Counted from the first letter of the stretch, positions 37,416-47,747 are shown. The stretch is 64,000 nucleotides of DNA from an uncultured Verrucomicrobiae bacterium (GCA_963806855.1 CAWDYW010000001.1:1152001-1216000); one strand, 5' to 3'. The notes: generated by a model from the letters alone, not told the origin. Numbers and translations: made by a program.

Positions 37416-37737
37416 AGAAGAAAAACTCCTCGCCGAATGTGAAGTCCAAACCTATAAAGCCAGCGGGGCAGGTGGGCAGCATGTCCAAAAAACCGATAGC
37501 GCCGTCCGTCTGATCCACCTGCCGACCGGCATCCGGGTCACCTCCCAGCAAGAGCGGAGCCAGCTCCTCAACAAGAAAATCTGCCTTGAGAAACTGCGCA
37601 AAAAGCTCGAAGCCCTAGCCAAAAAGAAGAAAAAGCGGATCCCGACTAAAAAGCCGAAAGGGGCAAAAGAGAAGGTGCTGACCCAAAAGCACAAGCGATC
37701 TGAAATCAAACGATACAGATCGAGTAAAGAGGAATAA
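37405..37737 (+). CDS. Peptide chain release factor-like GGQ protein (ArfB-type ribosome rescue)
   Basis: [18 protein letters not shown] plus basic C-terminal tail. Confidence 0.88.
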   Translation: MNPEEEKLLAECEVQTYKASGAGGQHVQKTDSAVRLIHLPTGIRVTSQQERSQLLNKKICLEKLRKKLEALAKKKKKRIPTKKPKGAKEKVLTQKHKRSEIKRYRSSKEE

Positions 37738-37841
37738 TCTACGATCAAATTTTTCTTCTTTTAGAAAGACCATTTTGAGTATCATTTGCTCCTTTTCCTT
37801 TGGATTGTAAGGAAGTCAATTGAGCTTATAACGGGTTGCCA

Positions 37842-40800
37842 ATGAAGCGATATTTAATAGGTCTGGTGTTGGGCTGTTGCTGCTTTATACAGCATGCGAT
37901 TGCAAAAGAAAGCCCTCTTAGCAGTGTATATCTAGGATCAAGAGAGAGTGATCCTGCAAGCTTAGTCGAAAATGTGAGTATTATTCATGGCGATTACTCG
38001 GAGGTAGAGGTTGATCTTATGGTCGCTGCCCCAGATTCTCTCATTCTCTCCAGGTTCTATAGCAGCCGAGATACCACCCAGATAGCCAATTTCGGCGGCT
38101 GGCGGTTTAACCCGCATTGTTTTCTCTATGTTCAGAAAGATCCTAAGGGGAAATCTTATACAAACGCTGAAGGCAAATTTGAACGTACCTACGTCTACGT
38201 CGGTAATCCCGATGGAATCATCCTGACTTACGTCGGCTGGCAGAATACAACAAACCCTTCTAAGAGGATTTTATTCAAAATTGATCCAGAAGGAGAAGTG
38301 AGCGGACTAGCGAATACAGCAAAGGGAAATATCGGCTGCTGGACAAACCTGAAAAACAATGAGCTATATTTTAATCCTCAGACTAATAGCTTTGAATTGA
38401 TGCTTTGCTCGGAAGGGAAGCGTTTCTATAGCAAGCATCCTGCCTTAGATGTCTATTTTATCACGCAAGAAATCCTCCCGAGCGGCAATAAGGTATTTTA
38501 TGAATTCGATGAAAAAGGACAGCTATCTTTCATCAAAGAAACCAATGCATTAGAAAAGAAGGTACTTGCTTGGATCAAAATCGAATATGGAAACGGGATT
38601 CATATTAAGACAAGTGATGGAAAAACAGCTGACTACCACTTCCAACAAGATTCATCAGGAGTCATGCTCTTAAGCGAGGTGATTAGATCTGATAAGCCGA
38701 ATTTAGCTTACCAGTATCAAGTCATAGATAATCAAGCTCTTTTAGTGAAAAAAACGCTGCCTGAAGGGCGTTTTGTACAGGTGGACTATTACACTGATAA
38801 AGCACAGAAAAACAAAGCCAGATCGGTTACTACTCCAGCCGGAATACGAGGAACAGCTAGTGTAGAATTTTCCTATGGAGATAATTACACAGAAGTCAAT
38901 GGCCCCGGAGAGAGAAAAACAGTATATCACTTTGATGACGATTATCAGCTCGTTGCTATTGAGCAATATCTAGAAGGGTCTCTTTATCGCATTCATAGAA
39001 AATCATGGGGGACAAAGAGCGATGCAGGAAACCTCATTTCTACATCTGTTGAGGATGCAAGCGGTAATATCTACTATTACAAGCACTTTACTTATGACAG
39101 CAAAGACAAAGGAAATATAGTTGAAGAAAGGGAATATGGAGATGTCATCGGCCTCGGAGCTACCCCTCTTATTGTTGATGAGAACGGCCTTGTAACAAAT
39201 CAAGATGGCCACATCAAGAATTATTCCTACTTCTCTGGTAAGAATACCCATGGTTTTTTTCAAACAGATGCAAAAGGGACTGGAGTCAAATACTGGTATA
39301 AAAAGGGGACCAATCTTCTCCTTAAAAAATTCATCCTAACCAAAGGGTCTCCAGATTCAGAAGAGGAAGATTACAGATCTGGAATAAAAGAGAGGCATTT
39401 TTATACTTATAACGACGATGCTGCCTTAATTCAAGTCCTCGTCGATGATGGAAACCAAGGGACCCTCAAAGATGACTATAGGGTTCCCGAAAGAACCATC
39501 ACCCATATTTCTCCTAAACAGGATCTTCCTAATGTAGGAGCCCCTGAAGTGATCGAGCAAAAGTATAGCTCTACAGAGGAAAAGTCGGAAGTCCTCTTAA
39601 AAAGAACAGTCAATCAGTTCGATGGGCAGGGAAATATTGTTTCTCAGTCTGTCTATGATGCCAATGAGAACCATTGCTTTACAATTACCAAGGGATACGC
39701 TCACGGATTACTCGTATTAGAAACGGATCCACTTGGCAATGAAACGCATTACGCTTACGACGCAAACCAGAATCTAATCCTAGAAGCTCACTCAGATACA
39801 GGTATTTCCATTGAATACGGTTATGATTTGAGAAATAGTCTTGTTTCTACCTTGGAAAAAGACAAGACGGGGAATCGCTTTGAGACTCAGGTGACCTACG
39901 ATCCTTCCGGCAATAAACTCTCTGAGATCGATCGATTTGGCAATGAGACCGCCTACGTCAACGATTCTCTTGGACGTCCCGTTCAAATTACTTACCCTGA
40001 TGGTGTTCGTTCTTCTTCAAGGCCCACATACACTTATACTTATGATCTGTTCGACAATCCTATCTCAGTAACAGACCCAAAAGGAAGAACCCTAACAAGA
40101 CTATATAATGTCCAAGGGAAACCGATAGAAATCAACCATCTCAACGGAACAAAAGAATTATTCAGATATGACAGCGGGGGGAACCTTCACCATTATTATG
40201 GAATGGATGGTCTTCTGCAGGTGTTTGCTTATGATTACAAGGGACGCCTAAATAAGCTTGAGTACTTTAAGCGTGGAAGCAAGAGTTCTAAGTACCCATT
40301 CAAGGAAAAAACTTATAGTTATGGAGCTTTCCACAAAACCTCGGAGACAGACGAAAGAGGAACGGAAACGACTTACACCTATGGTCCTTCAGGACGGCTA
40401 ACAACTTTCAATAAAGACAATCAAAAAGTCGAATTTATCTATGACAGTCTTGGCAGAACTCATGGGGTAAAAAAATGGAAATCTGCAAAAACCTTCACTC
40501 TCGAGATCAAAGAATACGATCTTTTAGACAGGGTCGTTGAAGAGCGCACTGAAGATCAAAGTGGCAAAGTATTGCTCAAGAATAGGTACGTCTATAATGC
40601 TGCAGGGCAGCTTGCTCAGGTTATCGGCTACCCGCAGAACAAAGAAAGTATCCTACTTAAGTACGAGTATGATGGATTTGGGCGTCTCCGCAAGGCAACC
40701 AATGCGGCAGGCCATGTGACTGTCATCATCTATGACGATGCTTATATCAATGAATGGGGTCAAAAAACACGCAAACGTACTCTCATTGATCCTATGGGTA

Positions 40801-41057
40801 ACCAGGCAGAAGAGATTTTTGATGTAGATGACCAATTGATCAAGATGAGCAAAAAAGACAAATTTGGACAGATTTTGGCTGACTTGGAATCATCTTATGA
40901 CAGTTTAGGAAATAAAATTACTGAACGGGAACTTGTCCTTTCCGCCAATGCGACAACTGGAAACTATGAAACAGAGTGGTCGTTGAACCAATCGGATCAA
41001 ATCGAATCGTTCACCTTTAGGAAAGGGGACTCCGGAAGAACGTACGGTGAGGTTTGA
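37842..41057 (+). CDS. Rhs/YD-repeat protein, N-terminal fragment (frameshift near 41016)
   Basis: Signal peptide MKRYLIGLVLGCCCFIQHAIA; many YD repeats (DPLGNETHYAYD, YTYDLFDN, YDSLGR). Confidence 0.88.
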   Translation: MKRYLIGLVLGCCCFIQHAIAKESPLSSVYLGSRESDPASLVENVSIIHGDYSEVEVDLMVAAPDSLILSRFYSSRDTTQIANFGGWRFNPHCFLYVQKDPKGKSYTNAEGKFERTYVYVGNPDGIILTYVGWQNTTNPSKRILFKIDPEGEVSGLANTAKGNIGCWTNLKNNELYFNPQTNSFELMLCSEGKRFYSKHPALDVYFITQEILPSGNKVFYEFDEKGQLSFIKETNALEKKVLAWIKIEYGNGIHIKTSDGKTADYHFQQDSSGVMLLSEVIRSDKPNLAYQYQVIDNQALLVKKTLPEGRFVQVDYYTDKAQKNKARSVTTPAGIRGTASVEFSYGDNYTEVNGPGERKTVYHFDDDYQLVAIEQYLEGSLYRIHRKSWGTKSDAGNLISTSVEDASGNIYYYKHFTYDSKDKGNIVEEREYGDVIGLGATPLIVDENGLVTNQDGHIKNYSYFSGKNTHGFFQTDAKGTGVKYWYKKGTNLLLKKFILTKGSPDSEEEDYRSGIKERHFYTYNDDAALIQVLVDDGNQGTLKDDYRVPERTITHISPKQDLPNVGAPEVIEQKYSSTEEKSEVLLKRTVNQFDGQGNIVSQSVYDANENHCFTITKGYAHGLLVLETDPLGNETHYAYDANQNLILEAHSDTGISIEYGYDLRNSLVSTLEKDKTGNRFETQVTYDPSGNKLSEIDRFGNETAYVNDSLGRPVQITYPDGVRSSSRPTYTYTYDLFDNPISVTDPKGRTLTRLYNVQGKPIEINHLNGTKELFRYDSGGNLHHYYGMDGLLQVFAYDYKGRLNKLEYFKRGSKSSKYPFKEKTYSYGAFHKTSETDERGTETTYTYGPSGRLTTFNKDNQKVEFIYDSLGRTHGVKKWKSAKTFTLEIKEYDLLDRVVEERTEDQSGKVLLKNRYVYNAAGQLAQVIGYPQNKESILLKYEYDGFGRLRKATNAAGHVTVIIYDDAYINEWGQKTRKRTLIDPMGNQAEEIFDVDDQLIKMSKKDKFGQILADLESSYDSLGNKITERELVLSANATTGNYETEWSLNQSDQIESFTFRKGDSGRTYGEV

Positions 41058-41979
41058 ATACAATTCCTATGGAGACATCGCGGCAAAATATAATCAAGGC
41101 TCTAAAGAACCAATTACTTATCGGTATGACAGTGAAGGAAACCTAGACACCATTTCTTACAAAGAGGGAAAAAAGGAGATCGACTATAAGCTTTCTTACG
41201 ATCGCCATAAGAATATCACCGAAGTCTCTTTAGATACCTCGTTCACCATCGGCTATTCTTTCAATGCTCATGATATGGCATTGACTGAAACAATCAAGGA
41301 TGAGTTTGGGTCTTATCAAGTGGGGCGCACTTATGATGGCGAAGGTAAAATCCAAACACTGCAATTGCCAGATGGTTCCTTCCTTGAGTACATCTATGAA
41401 GGTCCATTTGTCAAAGGGGCTAGACGTTTCAGCAAAGATAAAAAGGAACTCTATAACTATCAAATTGCCTCGAGAGACCTGATGGGCAATATTCTTGAGG
41501 AAATTTTACCAGGGCATCTAGGAAGCAGAAAACAGCTTTGGGATGAAGCCGGACGTAGGATAGAAATATCGACTGATTTCTTCCAAGATAGAGTGTTAGA
41601 GGGGGGATACGACCCTCTTGAGAATATCAAAAAACGGGAAACCATCTTAGATGATGAGGCGTACACAACCAACTATGATTACAATGCCATGGCCCAGCTT
41701 ATTCTTGTGAAAGGGGAAATTGAGCATAAGTATGCATATGATTCAATCGGCAATCGCCTTCAAAAAGACGGCTATGCTTATAAGGTCAACGGAGTCAATC
41801 AACTTATAGAGGCCGAAGGCGCCGTATATACTTTCCATCCGAATGGGAATCTCGCTACCAAAACCATTGGTAACAAAACGTGGATCTACCATAGTAATCA
41901 CCTGAATCAGATCGTCTCTATTAAAGATCCTGAACAAAACATCGTTAAATTCACTTATGATCAAGTGGAAAGCGGTTGA
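41047..41979 (+). CDS. Rhs/YD-repeat protein, middle fragment
   Basis: YDSEGN, YDYNAMAQL, YAYDSIGNR; continues the upstream fragment in another frame. Confidence 0.8.
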   Translation: MRFEYNSYGDIAAKYNQGSKEPITYRYDSEGNLDTISYKEGKKEIDYKLSYDRHKNITEVSLDTSFTIGYSFNAHDMALTETIKDEFGSYQVGRTYDGEGKIQTLQLPDGSFLEYIYEGPFVKGARRFSKDKKELYNYQIASRDLMGNILEEILPGHLGSRKQLWDEAGRRIEISTDFFQDRVLEGGYDPLENIKKRETILDDEAYTTNYDYNAMAQLILVKGEIEHKYAYDSIGNRLQKDGYAYKVNGVNQLIEAEGAVYTFHPNGNLATKTIGNKTWIYHSNHLNQIVSIKDPEQNIVKFTYDQVESG

Positions 41980-42254
41980 CTAAACGGATTGAGGCTAAGG
42001 GAAAAAAGGCAAGAATATTCCGTTTCTTTTACTTAGGAGATACAGAAATTGGCTGCGTGGATGAAAAAGGGGTTGTCACCGAGCTAAAAGTCCCAAGCAA
42101 CCCCAACAATCCTGAAGCTCCCCAAGCGTTGCCATTGAACTCAGAAAAGAGACTTACATTCCTCTTTATGACCTACAGGGAAATATCGTCATGTCTTCTC
42201 GATCATCAAAGACGTAAAGTCATAGAAACCTATCGCTATTCTGTCCTATGGTGA
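41976..42254 (+). pseudogene. Rhs core fragment with internal frameshifts
   Basis: KRIE..FFYLGDTEIG..ETYRYS; pieces such as YDLQGNI and GNPWRYRGK lie in alternative frames. Confidence 0.6.
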
Positions 42255-43297
42255 AGAAGAGATCATCAATGAAAGAGGAAAGGCAGTCTCTGATTCTTCT
42301 GTCGGAAACCCTTGGAGATACCGAGGCAAGACGGGTCGATAAAGAGGTTGGTCTCATGTATTTTGGCTACCGTTATTATGATCCAGAAATGGGAAGATGG
42401 ATTAGTCCTGATCCCGCAGGGGCCATTGATGGCCCTAATCTCTACGCCTATGCTCACAATAATCCCATAAAATATGTCGATTATTTTGGCTTAAGTTCCA
42501 CGATCGATGAAAATTGTGGATGCACCCAGCATAACCATCCTGGGTGGCATCATGCCCCTGCAGACTGTGTCTGTATTTGTGGGAAGGATGGAAGCGGCTA
42601 TTTAGCAGGAAGCTATCGAAGCAAAATAGGGAGCGATATTGGGAGTGCTATCTGGGGAATTAGCCATGGGGTCGTGGATTTTGTGGTCATTTCTATACAT
42701 GATTTACAAACAACAGCAGCTTACATGGGAGCAGAGGAATTAGAACTAACCCAACATGAAAGAGAGCAGATGATTGAGACGATTGAGCTATCTCAAGAGC
42801 ACCATCAGGCTGTTATAGAAGACTGGATGATGGGCATACTTGACATTGATCAGTCAGATGCTGTTTACCAGTCCTTCCGATTTAATACTACAATGGGCTT
42901 GGAAATAGGTTCTTTAGTTGTCGGTGGTTATGGGGTAGTCAAAGGAGCCATAGGGTTTACAAAATTAGCTAAAATACCAATGCAAGTGGTTAAAACAACA
43001 AAAACTGCTGATTTTTTCGGCAGGGTTTTGATCAGCAATCCGCGGGTATCTATTACGCCCAAAAGCTATTTTTCTGGTAAAACTTATTCCGAGATGGAAC
43101 AAATTTTTATCAAAAAATTTGGAAGTCCAAAAGGAGTTGGCGCATATAACAAATCATTCTATAATGTAAAGACAGAAAGGACCTTCAATTTACATTGGGA
43201 CCCAGCTCATCGTGGTGGAAAGCCTCATATAGATATAAGAAAAAGAGGGCTACCTACTGACTATTACAAAAACACCCCTTTCTATTTAAAAGAATGA
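42248..43297 (+). CDS. Rhs core plus C-terminal toxin domain (fragment)
   Basis: GLMYFGYRYYDPEMGRWISPDP..NLYAYAHNNPIKYVDYFG, then variable tip ending FNLHWDPAHRGGKPHIDIR. Confidence 0.88.
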   Translation: MVKKRSSMKEERQSLILLSETLGDTEARRVDKEVGLMYFGYRYYDPEMGRWISPDPAGAIDGPNLYAYAHNNPIKYVDYFGLSSTIDENCGCTQHNHPGWHHAPADCVCICGKDGSGYLAGSYRSKIGSDIGSAIWGISHGVVDFVVISIHDLQTTAAYMGAEELELTQHEREQMIETIELSQEHHQAVIEDWMMGILDIDQSDAVYQSFRFNTTMGLEIGSLVVGGYGVVKGAIGFTKLAKIPMQVVKTTKTADFFGRVLISNPRVSITPKSYFSGKTYSEMEQIFIKKFGSPKGVGAYNKSFYNVKTERTFNLHWDPAHRGGKPHIDIRKRGLPTDYYKNTPFYLKE

Positions 43298-43605
43298 ATA
43301 TGAAAACAGAAAAAGAGAAACTTAAAGACCTTATCCAAAGCTATTTAGAAAAAAAATCTACTTGTGAAGATTTGAATCGTTACGCTTGGGAAAAAATAGA
43401 TTATTTTTCTTCTAATGAAAATAAAATCCCTCCCTATGATGAAGAGAATGAGGGGGAATATTGGTATGCGATATGGCAGATTCAGCATTTGGCTGATTCT
43501 GAACATGAAAAGGATGGGATATTGCAAGCGGAACTTTCAAATATTATGGAGTATTTCGAAAAAAAGAAACCCCTACCAAGAAACTTCTATGGCAAACGAC
43601 CATAA
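43294..43605 (+). CDS. Putative Rhs immunity protein
   Basis: 103 aa, acidic, AT-rich, ATGA overlap with the toxin stop. Confidence 0.7.
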   Translation: MNMKTEKEKLKDLIQSYLEKKSTCEDLNRYAWEKIDYFSSNENKIPPYDEENEGEYWYAIWQIQHLADSEHEKDGILQAELSNIMEYFEKKKPLPRNFYGKRP

Positions 43606-43650
43606 AGCTGCAACTCATGGAACTGAAGCTATAACGAAATTGATTCAAAA

Positions 43651-43750
43651 AAGGGGGTAGTCTTAACTCAATACAACCCCCTTATCGATAGCTCAACTCC
43701 GGGAACTTTGAACCCGCCCAAATTCCGATTCTTCAAGTTACTTGGGTATA
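43651..43750. repeat. Probable half copy of a family B palindromic element
   Basis: GGGGT...ACCCC centre and a right end CTTCAAGTTACTTGGGTATA about 83 nt away; left arm not recognisable. Confidence 0.35.
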
Positions 43751-43800
43751 AATCGACAAAAAATACGACAAAGAATAAATAGGAGGAAAAGGGGAAGCAA

Positions 43801-44148
43801 ATGGGAATTCATATTGAGACATGTAAAAATTGTATCCAGAAATGCACGCTCTGCATTGATGAATGCAGAAAATGTGTAGAAAGTTGCAAATCGGGGAAAC
43901 ATTGTGGTCCTGTAATGACAACTTGTAGAAAAATACTCAAAGAGTGCATCGAAGCATGCACAAATCATATTGAAAAATGCAAAGATCCTAATTGCATTGA
44001 GGCTTGCAAAAATTGCATAAAAGAATGTGGAGATTGCGGCGAGCAATGCAAACCTGGAAACATCCATTGCATTCAGGCATGTAAAAACTGTATCGCAAAA
44101 TGTAAGAATTGCATAGAGGCATGTAATAAATGCCTTGAAATGCCCTAA
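43801..44148 (+). CDS. Cysteine-rich four-helix-bundle metal-binding protein (Csp/DUF326-like)
   Basis: 25 Cys in 115 aa in CxxC/CxxxC spacing; purine-rich RBS. Confidence 0.75.
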   Translation: MGIHIETCKNCIQKCTLCIDECRKCVESCKSGKHCGPVMTTCRKILKECIEACTNHIEKCKDPNCIEACKNCIKECGDCGEQCKPGNIHCIQACKNCIAKCKNCIEACNKCLEMP

Positions 44149-44165
44149 GGATAATTAGGTTTCTT

Positions 44166-44486
44166 CTATCGACGAGACTTAATCAAAAGCGCCAGAACCA
44201 GCAGCACAAGTGTGCTGATGACACTCATCAGACCTGATGGCATAAACTTGAATGAGAATAACCATCGGTAGGTGAAAAAGGCATCCAACGCGAGGGTGAT
44301 CAGCAGCGCTAAATAGGCGGGTGCCACCATCCGGCCCATCATCCCAAGCGCCGATACGAGGAGTAAAAATCCGGAGATCGATCCCACCACCACAGAGGCG
44401 GTACTATGAGCTTTGAGGTAGCCCATGATGCCTCCGGCTATGACAATCAGACCGTAAATTAATGTGACCCAAGCAGCTGCTTTCAT
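44166..44486 (-). CDS. TMEM14 family membrane protein
   Basis: YGLIVIAGGIMGYLKAHSTASVVVGSISG..KFMPSGL. Confidence 0.88.
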   Translation of the reverse strand: MKAAAWVTLIYGLIVIAGGIMGYLKAHSTASVVVGSISGFLLLVSALGMMGRMVAPAYLALLITLALDAFFTYRWLFSFKFMPSGLMSVISTLVLLVLALLIKSRR

Positions 44487-44533
44487 ATTTTTAAAAGGTT
44501 ACCAAAAAGCAAAATTAAGGTATACTATTTGGT

Positions 44534-45466
44534 GTGCAAACAAAAATTTTGAACGAAAAAGGGATCGACCTGGCAGCTAGGCTCCTCAAGGCCGGTGAGG
44601 TGGTTGCATTCCCAACTGAGACGGTCTATGGACTGGGCGCGCCGATTTTTCAGCCGGATACGGTCGAAAAGATCTTCGCGATCAAGGGAAGAGCGCTCGA
44701 TAATCCGCTGATTGCCCATATTGCCTCTTTAGAGGATTGTGCGCAGATCGCAGGTGAGTTGCCGGAGAGTTTTTTTCGGTTGGCAGAAGCCTTTTTCCCT
44801 GGGCCGCTGACGCTAGTCGTTCGGAAAAAGGGGGCTGTTCCATCGATTGTCTCTGCAGGTTTAAATACGATCGCAATCCGGATGCCCAAACATCCGATCG
44901 CAATCGCGCTGATTAAGGCGGTCGGTCAGCCTCTAGTGGCCCCATCGGCGAATATTTCAGGGCGGCCCAGTAGCACAACGGCCGAGCATGTGATGGCCGA
45001 TTTTGAGGGGCGGATTGGAGCAGTTCTAGATGGGGGGCCTTGTCTGCACGGGATGGAATCGACGGTGATCGACCTCTGCAGTTTTGAGCAGCCGACTCTT
45101 CTGCGGTATGGTGCCCTCTCAAAAGAGGCGATCGAAGCGGTGCTGCAGCAAGAGATCGCTGTGTATACCAAGGGCCCCAAAAGTTCACCCGGCATGAAGT
45201 ACCGCCACTACGCTCCTAAAGTCCCTGTTAGGCTGTTTTTTGATCGGGAGTCCTTTGAAAAACATCCGGGCAAAAATGGGCTTGTCCTGTCGAGTCAATC
45301 TCTTGCTACTGCTCACTTTCCTCTCCAAGCCAAAACGCTCTATGCCTACTTGCGTTTGGCCGATCAAAAGGGTTATGATGAAGTTGTCGTCCTTTGCGAA
45401 AATGTAAATGACGCTACCCTTTTAAATCGGTTGGAGAAAATCACTAGTGAAAGCAATCATCATTGA
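44534..45466 (+). CDS. sua5: L-threonylcarbamoyladenylate synthase (Sua5/TsaC)
   Basis: VAFPTETVYGLGA, KGRALDNPLIAH, PGPLT, APSANISG, SPGMKYRHYAP. Confidence 0.96.
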   Translation: MQTKILNEKGIDLAARLLKAGEVVAFPTETVYGLGAPIFQPDTVEKIFAIKGRALDNPLIAHIASLEDCAQIAGELPESFFRLAEAFFPGPLTLVVRKKGAVPSIVSAGLNTIAIRMPKHPIAIALIKAVGQPLVAPSANISGRPSSTTAEHVMADFEGRIGAVLDGGPCLHGMESTVIDLCSFEQPTLLRYGALSKEAIEAVLQQEIAVYTKGPKSSPGMKYRHYAPKVPVRLFFDRESFEKHPGKNGLVLSSQSLATAHFPLQAKTLYAYLRLADQKGYDEVVVLCENVNDATLLNRLEKITSESNHH

Positions 45467-46448
45467 ACAATTTGGCGGCCCAGAAGTTTTTGTCGAGCGG
45501 GACCTACCCATGCCCAAACCTAGTCGCAATGAGGTGCGGGTCAAGATCAAAGCGGCCGGCTTTAACCCAGTCGACGTCAAAATGCGCGCCGGGGGCACCT
45601 ACGATGATCAACTTCCCAAGATTTTGGGGGTCGATTTTAGCGGAGTTGTCGATGCGGTCGGTGATCCTCATGGTGAGTTTGCCGTCGGTGACCGAGTATT
45701 TGGACTAACGCGTGGGGCCTACGCAGAAAGCCTCTGTGTCACGACAAACCATATCGCCAAAATTCCCCAGAACCTCTCTTTCGAAGAAGCTGCTGTGATC
45801 CCGGTCGTCTATTTGACCGCATTTCGAGCGATGATCGGCACAGGGGTCCTGCAGCAGGATCGCCCCTTTTTTATCGCCGGGGGAAGCGGGGGAGTAGGGA
45901 CAGCTGCCATCCACCTGGCCAGAGCCTATCGCGCTGGGTCGATTTTCACGACCGCCGGCCGCCCTGAGAGCCGTGATTATTTGGTTAAGGAGCTGCAGAT
46001 CCCAAGTCGGCAGATTCTCGATTATAAAGGCCTTAGTGTGCCGCAGATGGCAAAGAAATTGATCGAGATGAATGGCGATCACCGCTTCTATTTTGCTTTC
46101 GATTGTGTCGGCGGCAAATCGAAAGAGCTTTGCTTAGAGATCGCCGATGCGGGTGGTCATGTGGCGACGATTCTCCCAGAGGATAAGGCTTTTCCCTATG
46201 GCTTGTGGGGACGAGATAGCATTTTCTGGCAGAAGAGCCTCTCCTTCCATATGATCTATTTATTCGCGGCCATCCACAAGAGCCAACTCAACCATCTGGC
46301 CAAACTCTTTGAAAAGAAAGAGCTGCCGGCGCCAAAAGTGCAAAATGTGGGTTCTCTTTCAGCCGAAACAGTCCAAAAGGCCCATCGTCTGCTCGAAGGG
46401 GGGCGAACGCTTGGAAAATTGGTTATGACTGTGTCTCATTCCAACTGA
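45447..46448 (+). CDS. NADP-dependent oxidoreductase (MDR/quinone oxidoreductase family)
   Basis: FGGPEV, AAGFNPVD, ILGVDFSGVV, GGSGGVG, GKLV. Confidence 0.92.
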   Translation: MKAIIIEQFGGPEVFVERDLPMPKPSRNEVRVKIKAAGFNPVDVKMRAGGTYDDQLPKILGVDFSGVVDAVGDPHGEFAVGDRVFGLTRGAYAESLCVTTNHIAKIPQNLSFEEAAVIPVVYLTAFRAMIGTGVLQQDRPFFIAGGSGGVGTAAIHLARAYRAGSIFTTAGRPESRDYLVKELQIPSRQILDYKGLSVPQMAKKLIEMNGDHRFYFAFDCVGGKSKELCLEIADAGGHVATILPEDKAFPYGLWGRDSIFWQKSLSFHMIYLFAAIHKSQLNHLAKLFEKKELPAPKVQNVGSLSAETVQKAHRLLEGGRTLGKLVMTVSHSN

Positions 46449-47010
46449 CCAAGACCGGAGTTTCCCGTTCATAGCCCAAAACTGAGAGGGAGGCGGTCGA
46501 GAGGAGAAAGTATTTCCCTTCCGATACCGGTTTGGTCAGCCATTTGGCTGCCAGCGCGCGCAGAAAATGGCCGCTGGAGAAAATCGCCACATCGCCCGGA
46601 ACAGATCGCGCTTTGGCAATCACCCTCATGGCTCGAGCGCTCACATCGCCGAGCGATTCCCCATTCGGGGCACCATTGTTGAAGATGACCCATTTCGGAT
46701 CGATTGCCCGGATCTCTGCATTTGTTTTTCCCTCGTAGTCGCCATAATTCCATTCGACTAGGTCAGGATCGATTTCGGCATGCTCAAAGAAGCCGGTCAG
46801 TTTGCAAGTCTCCGTTGCACGCAAGAGGGGACTGCAGATCACTTTTTTAAATTTATTGGCAGCTAGTTTTTCTTTAATCCACAGGACTTGGCTACGCCCA
46901 TTTTCGGTGAGGGGAATATCTGTGAGGCCGGTGTGCTTTTTCTGCAGCGTCCACTCGGTTTCACCGTGACGGATCAGGCAAATATTCTGATGGAGGTTCT
47001 TTTTGCTCAT
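46423..47010 (-). CDS. Histidine phosphatase family protein
   Basis: LIRHGETEW, SPLLRATET, EWNYGDYEG, GES, GHFLR. Confidence 0.93.
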   Translation of the reverse strand: MSKKNLHQNICLIRHGETEWTLQKKHTGLTDIPLTENGRSQVLWIKEKLAANKFKKVICSPLLRATETCKLTGFFEHAEIDPDLVEWNYGDYEGKTNAEIRAIDPKWVIFNNGAPNGESLGDVSARAMRVIAKARSVPGDVAIFSSGHFLRALAAKWLTKPVSEGKYFLLSTASLSVLGYERETPVLVSWNETQS

Positions 47011-47737
47011 ATAATAGCCATTTAACAAAATTATCCAAATAAATCGAGAGAGGATAATTTTGCCCCATCTGGGGGCCGATCGCTTCCACATCAAAGCACT
47101 TTGGAAGTAGAGACCGAAGAACAGCTTCCTGACGCCCGACAAAAGGCTGTGTCGATATCGCTAAACAACTGCCCGCCTTGGGAGATGTGTTTAGCCATTC
47201 GACTACCGTGCTCTCTGTATTCGGGCGGAGGGTCCCCCGTTTAGGAGAGTCAATCACCACGTGTGGGACAAGTCCGTTGAGGGGATGCCGATCGAAAAGA
47301 TAGACAAAGAGCTCGGTTTCCGTTTGCAATCCCTCTGGAATCATATCGACCCTAGGATCCAAGTCGCGTGCGCCGGTCAGTAGGACAATTTGATCAAAGC
47401 GGACCCCACGCTCCCACTCCTCATAGAGAAAGTCGAGCCGTTTTTGCATCGCATATCCCGTTGCTCCGAGGACCAAAGCGTAAGAATAATGCTCGTTTTG
47501 GGCCCGAATCGACCCAATGCACTGCAATTCCATTAACAGAGGCAGAGCCTGATCCCGCTTCTCTTCAAAGCGGCGATCCATTTCCCAGACTTCCCTTCCG
47601 GTCTGAAGCAACTCTTCGGGTGGCACATTAAAAAGAGCCAAAAGCTCCTGAGCGGCCGGCTTGAGCCTCCCATTCTCTGTTAATGACAGGGCATGGAGGG
47701 TGAAAGAAAGGAGGAGAAAAAAGAGCACTTTGCGCAT
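46961..47737 (-). CDS. Hypothetical exported protein (possible YdcF/DUF218-like fold)
   Basis: Signal peptide MRKVLFFLLLSFTLHA; ALVLGA..R, LLTGAR, TETE, NTEST. Confidence 0.7.
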   Translation of the reverse strand: MRKVLFFLLLSFTLHALSLTENGRLKPAAQELLALFNVPPEELLQTGREVWEMDRRFEEKRDQALPLLMELQCIGSIRAQNEHYSYALVLGATGYAMQKRLDFLYEEWERGVRFDQIVLLTGARDLDPRVDMIPEGLQTETELFVYLFDRHPLNGLVPHVVIDSPKRGTLRPNTESTVVEWLNTSPKAGSCLAISTQPFVGRQEAVLRSLLPKCFDVEAIGPQMGQNYPLSIYLDNFVKWLLYEQKEPPSEYLPDPSR

Positions 47738-47747
47738 GATACATATT

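Noticed and set aside
41000..42330. Programmed frameshifting in the Rhs gene
   Set aside because: Multiple scattered single-base indels without consistent slippery sites; error or decay is more parsimonious.
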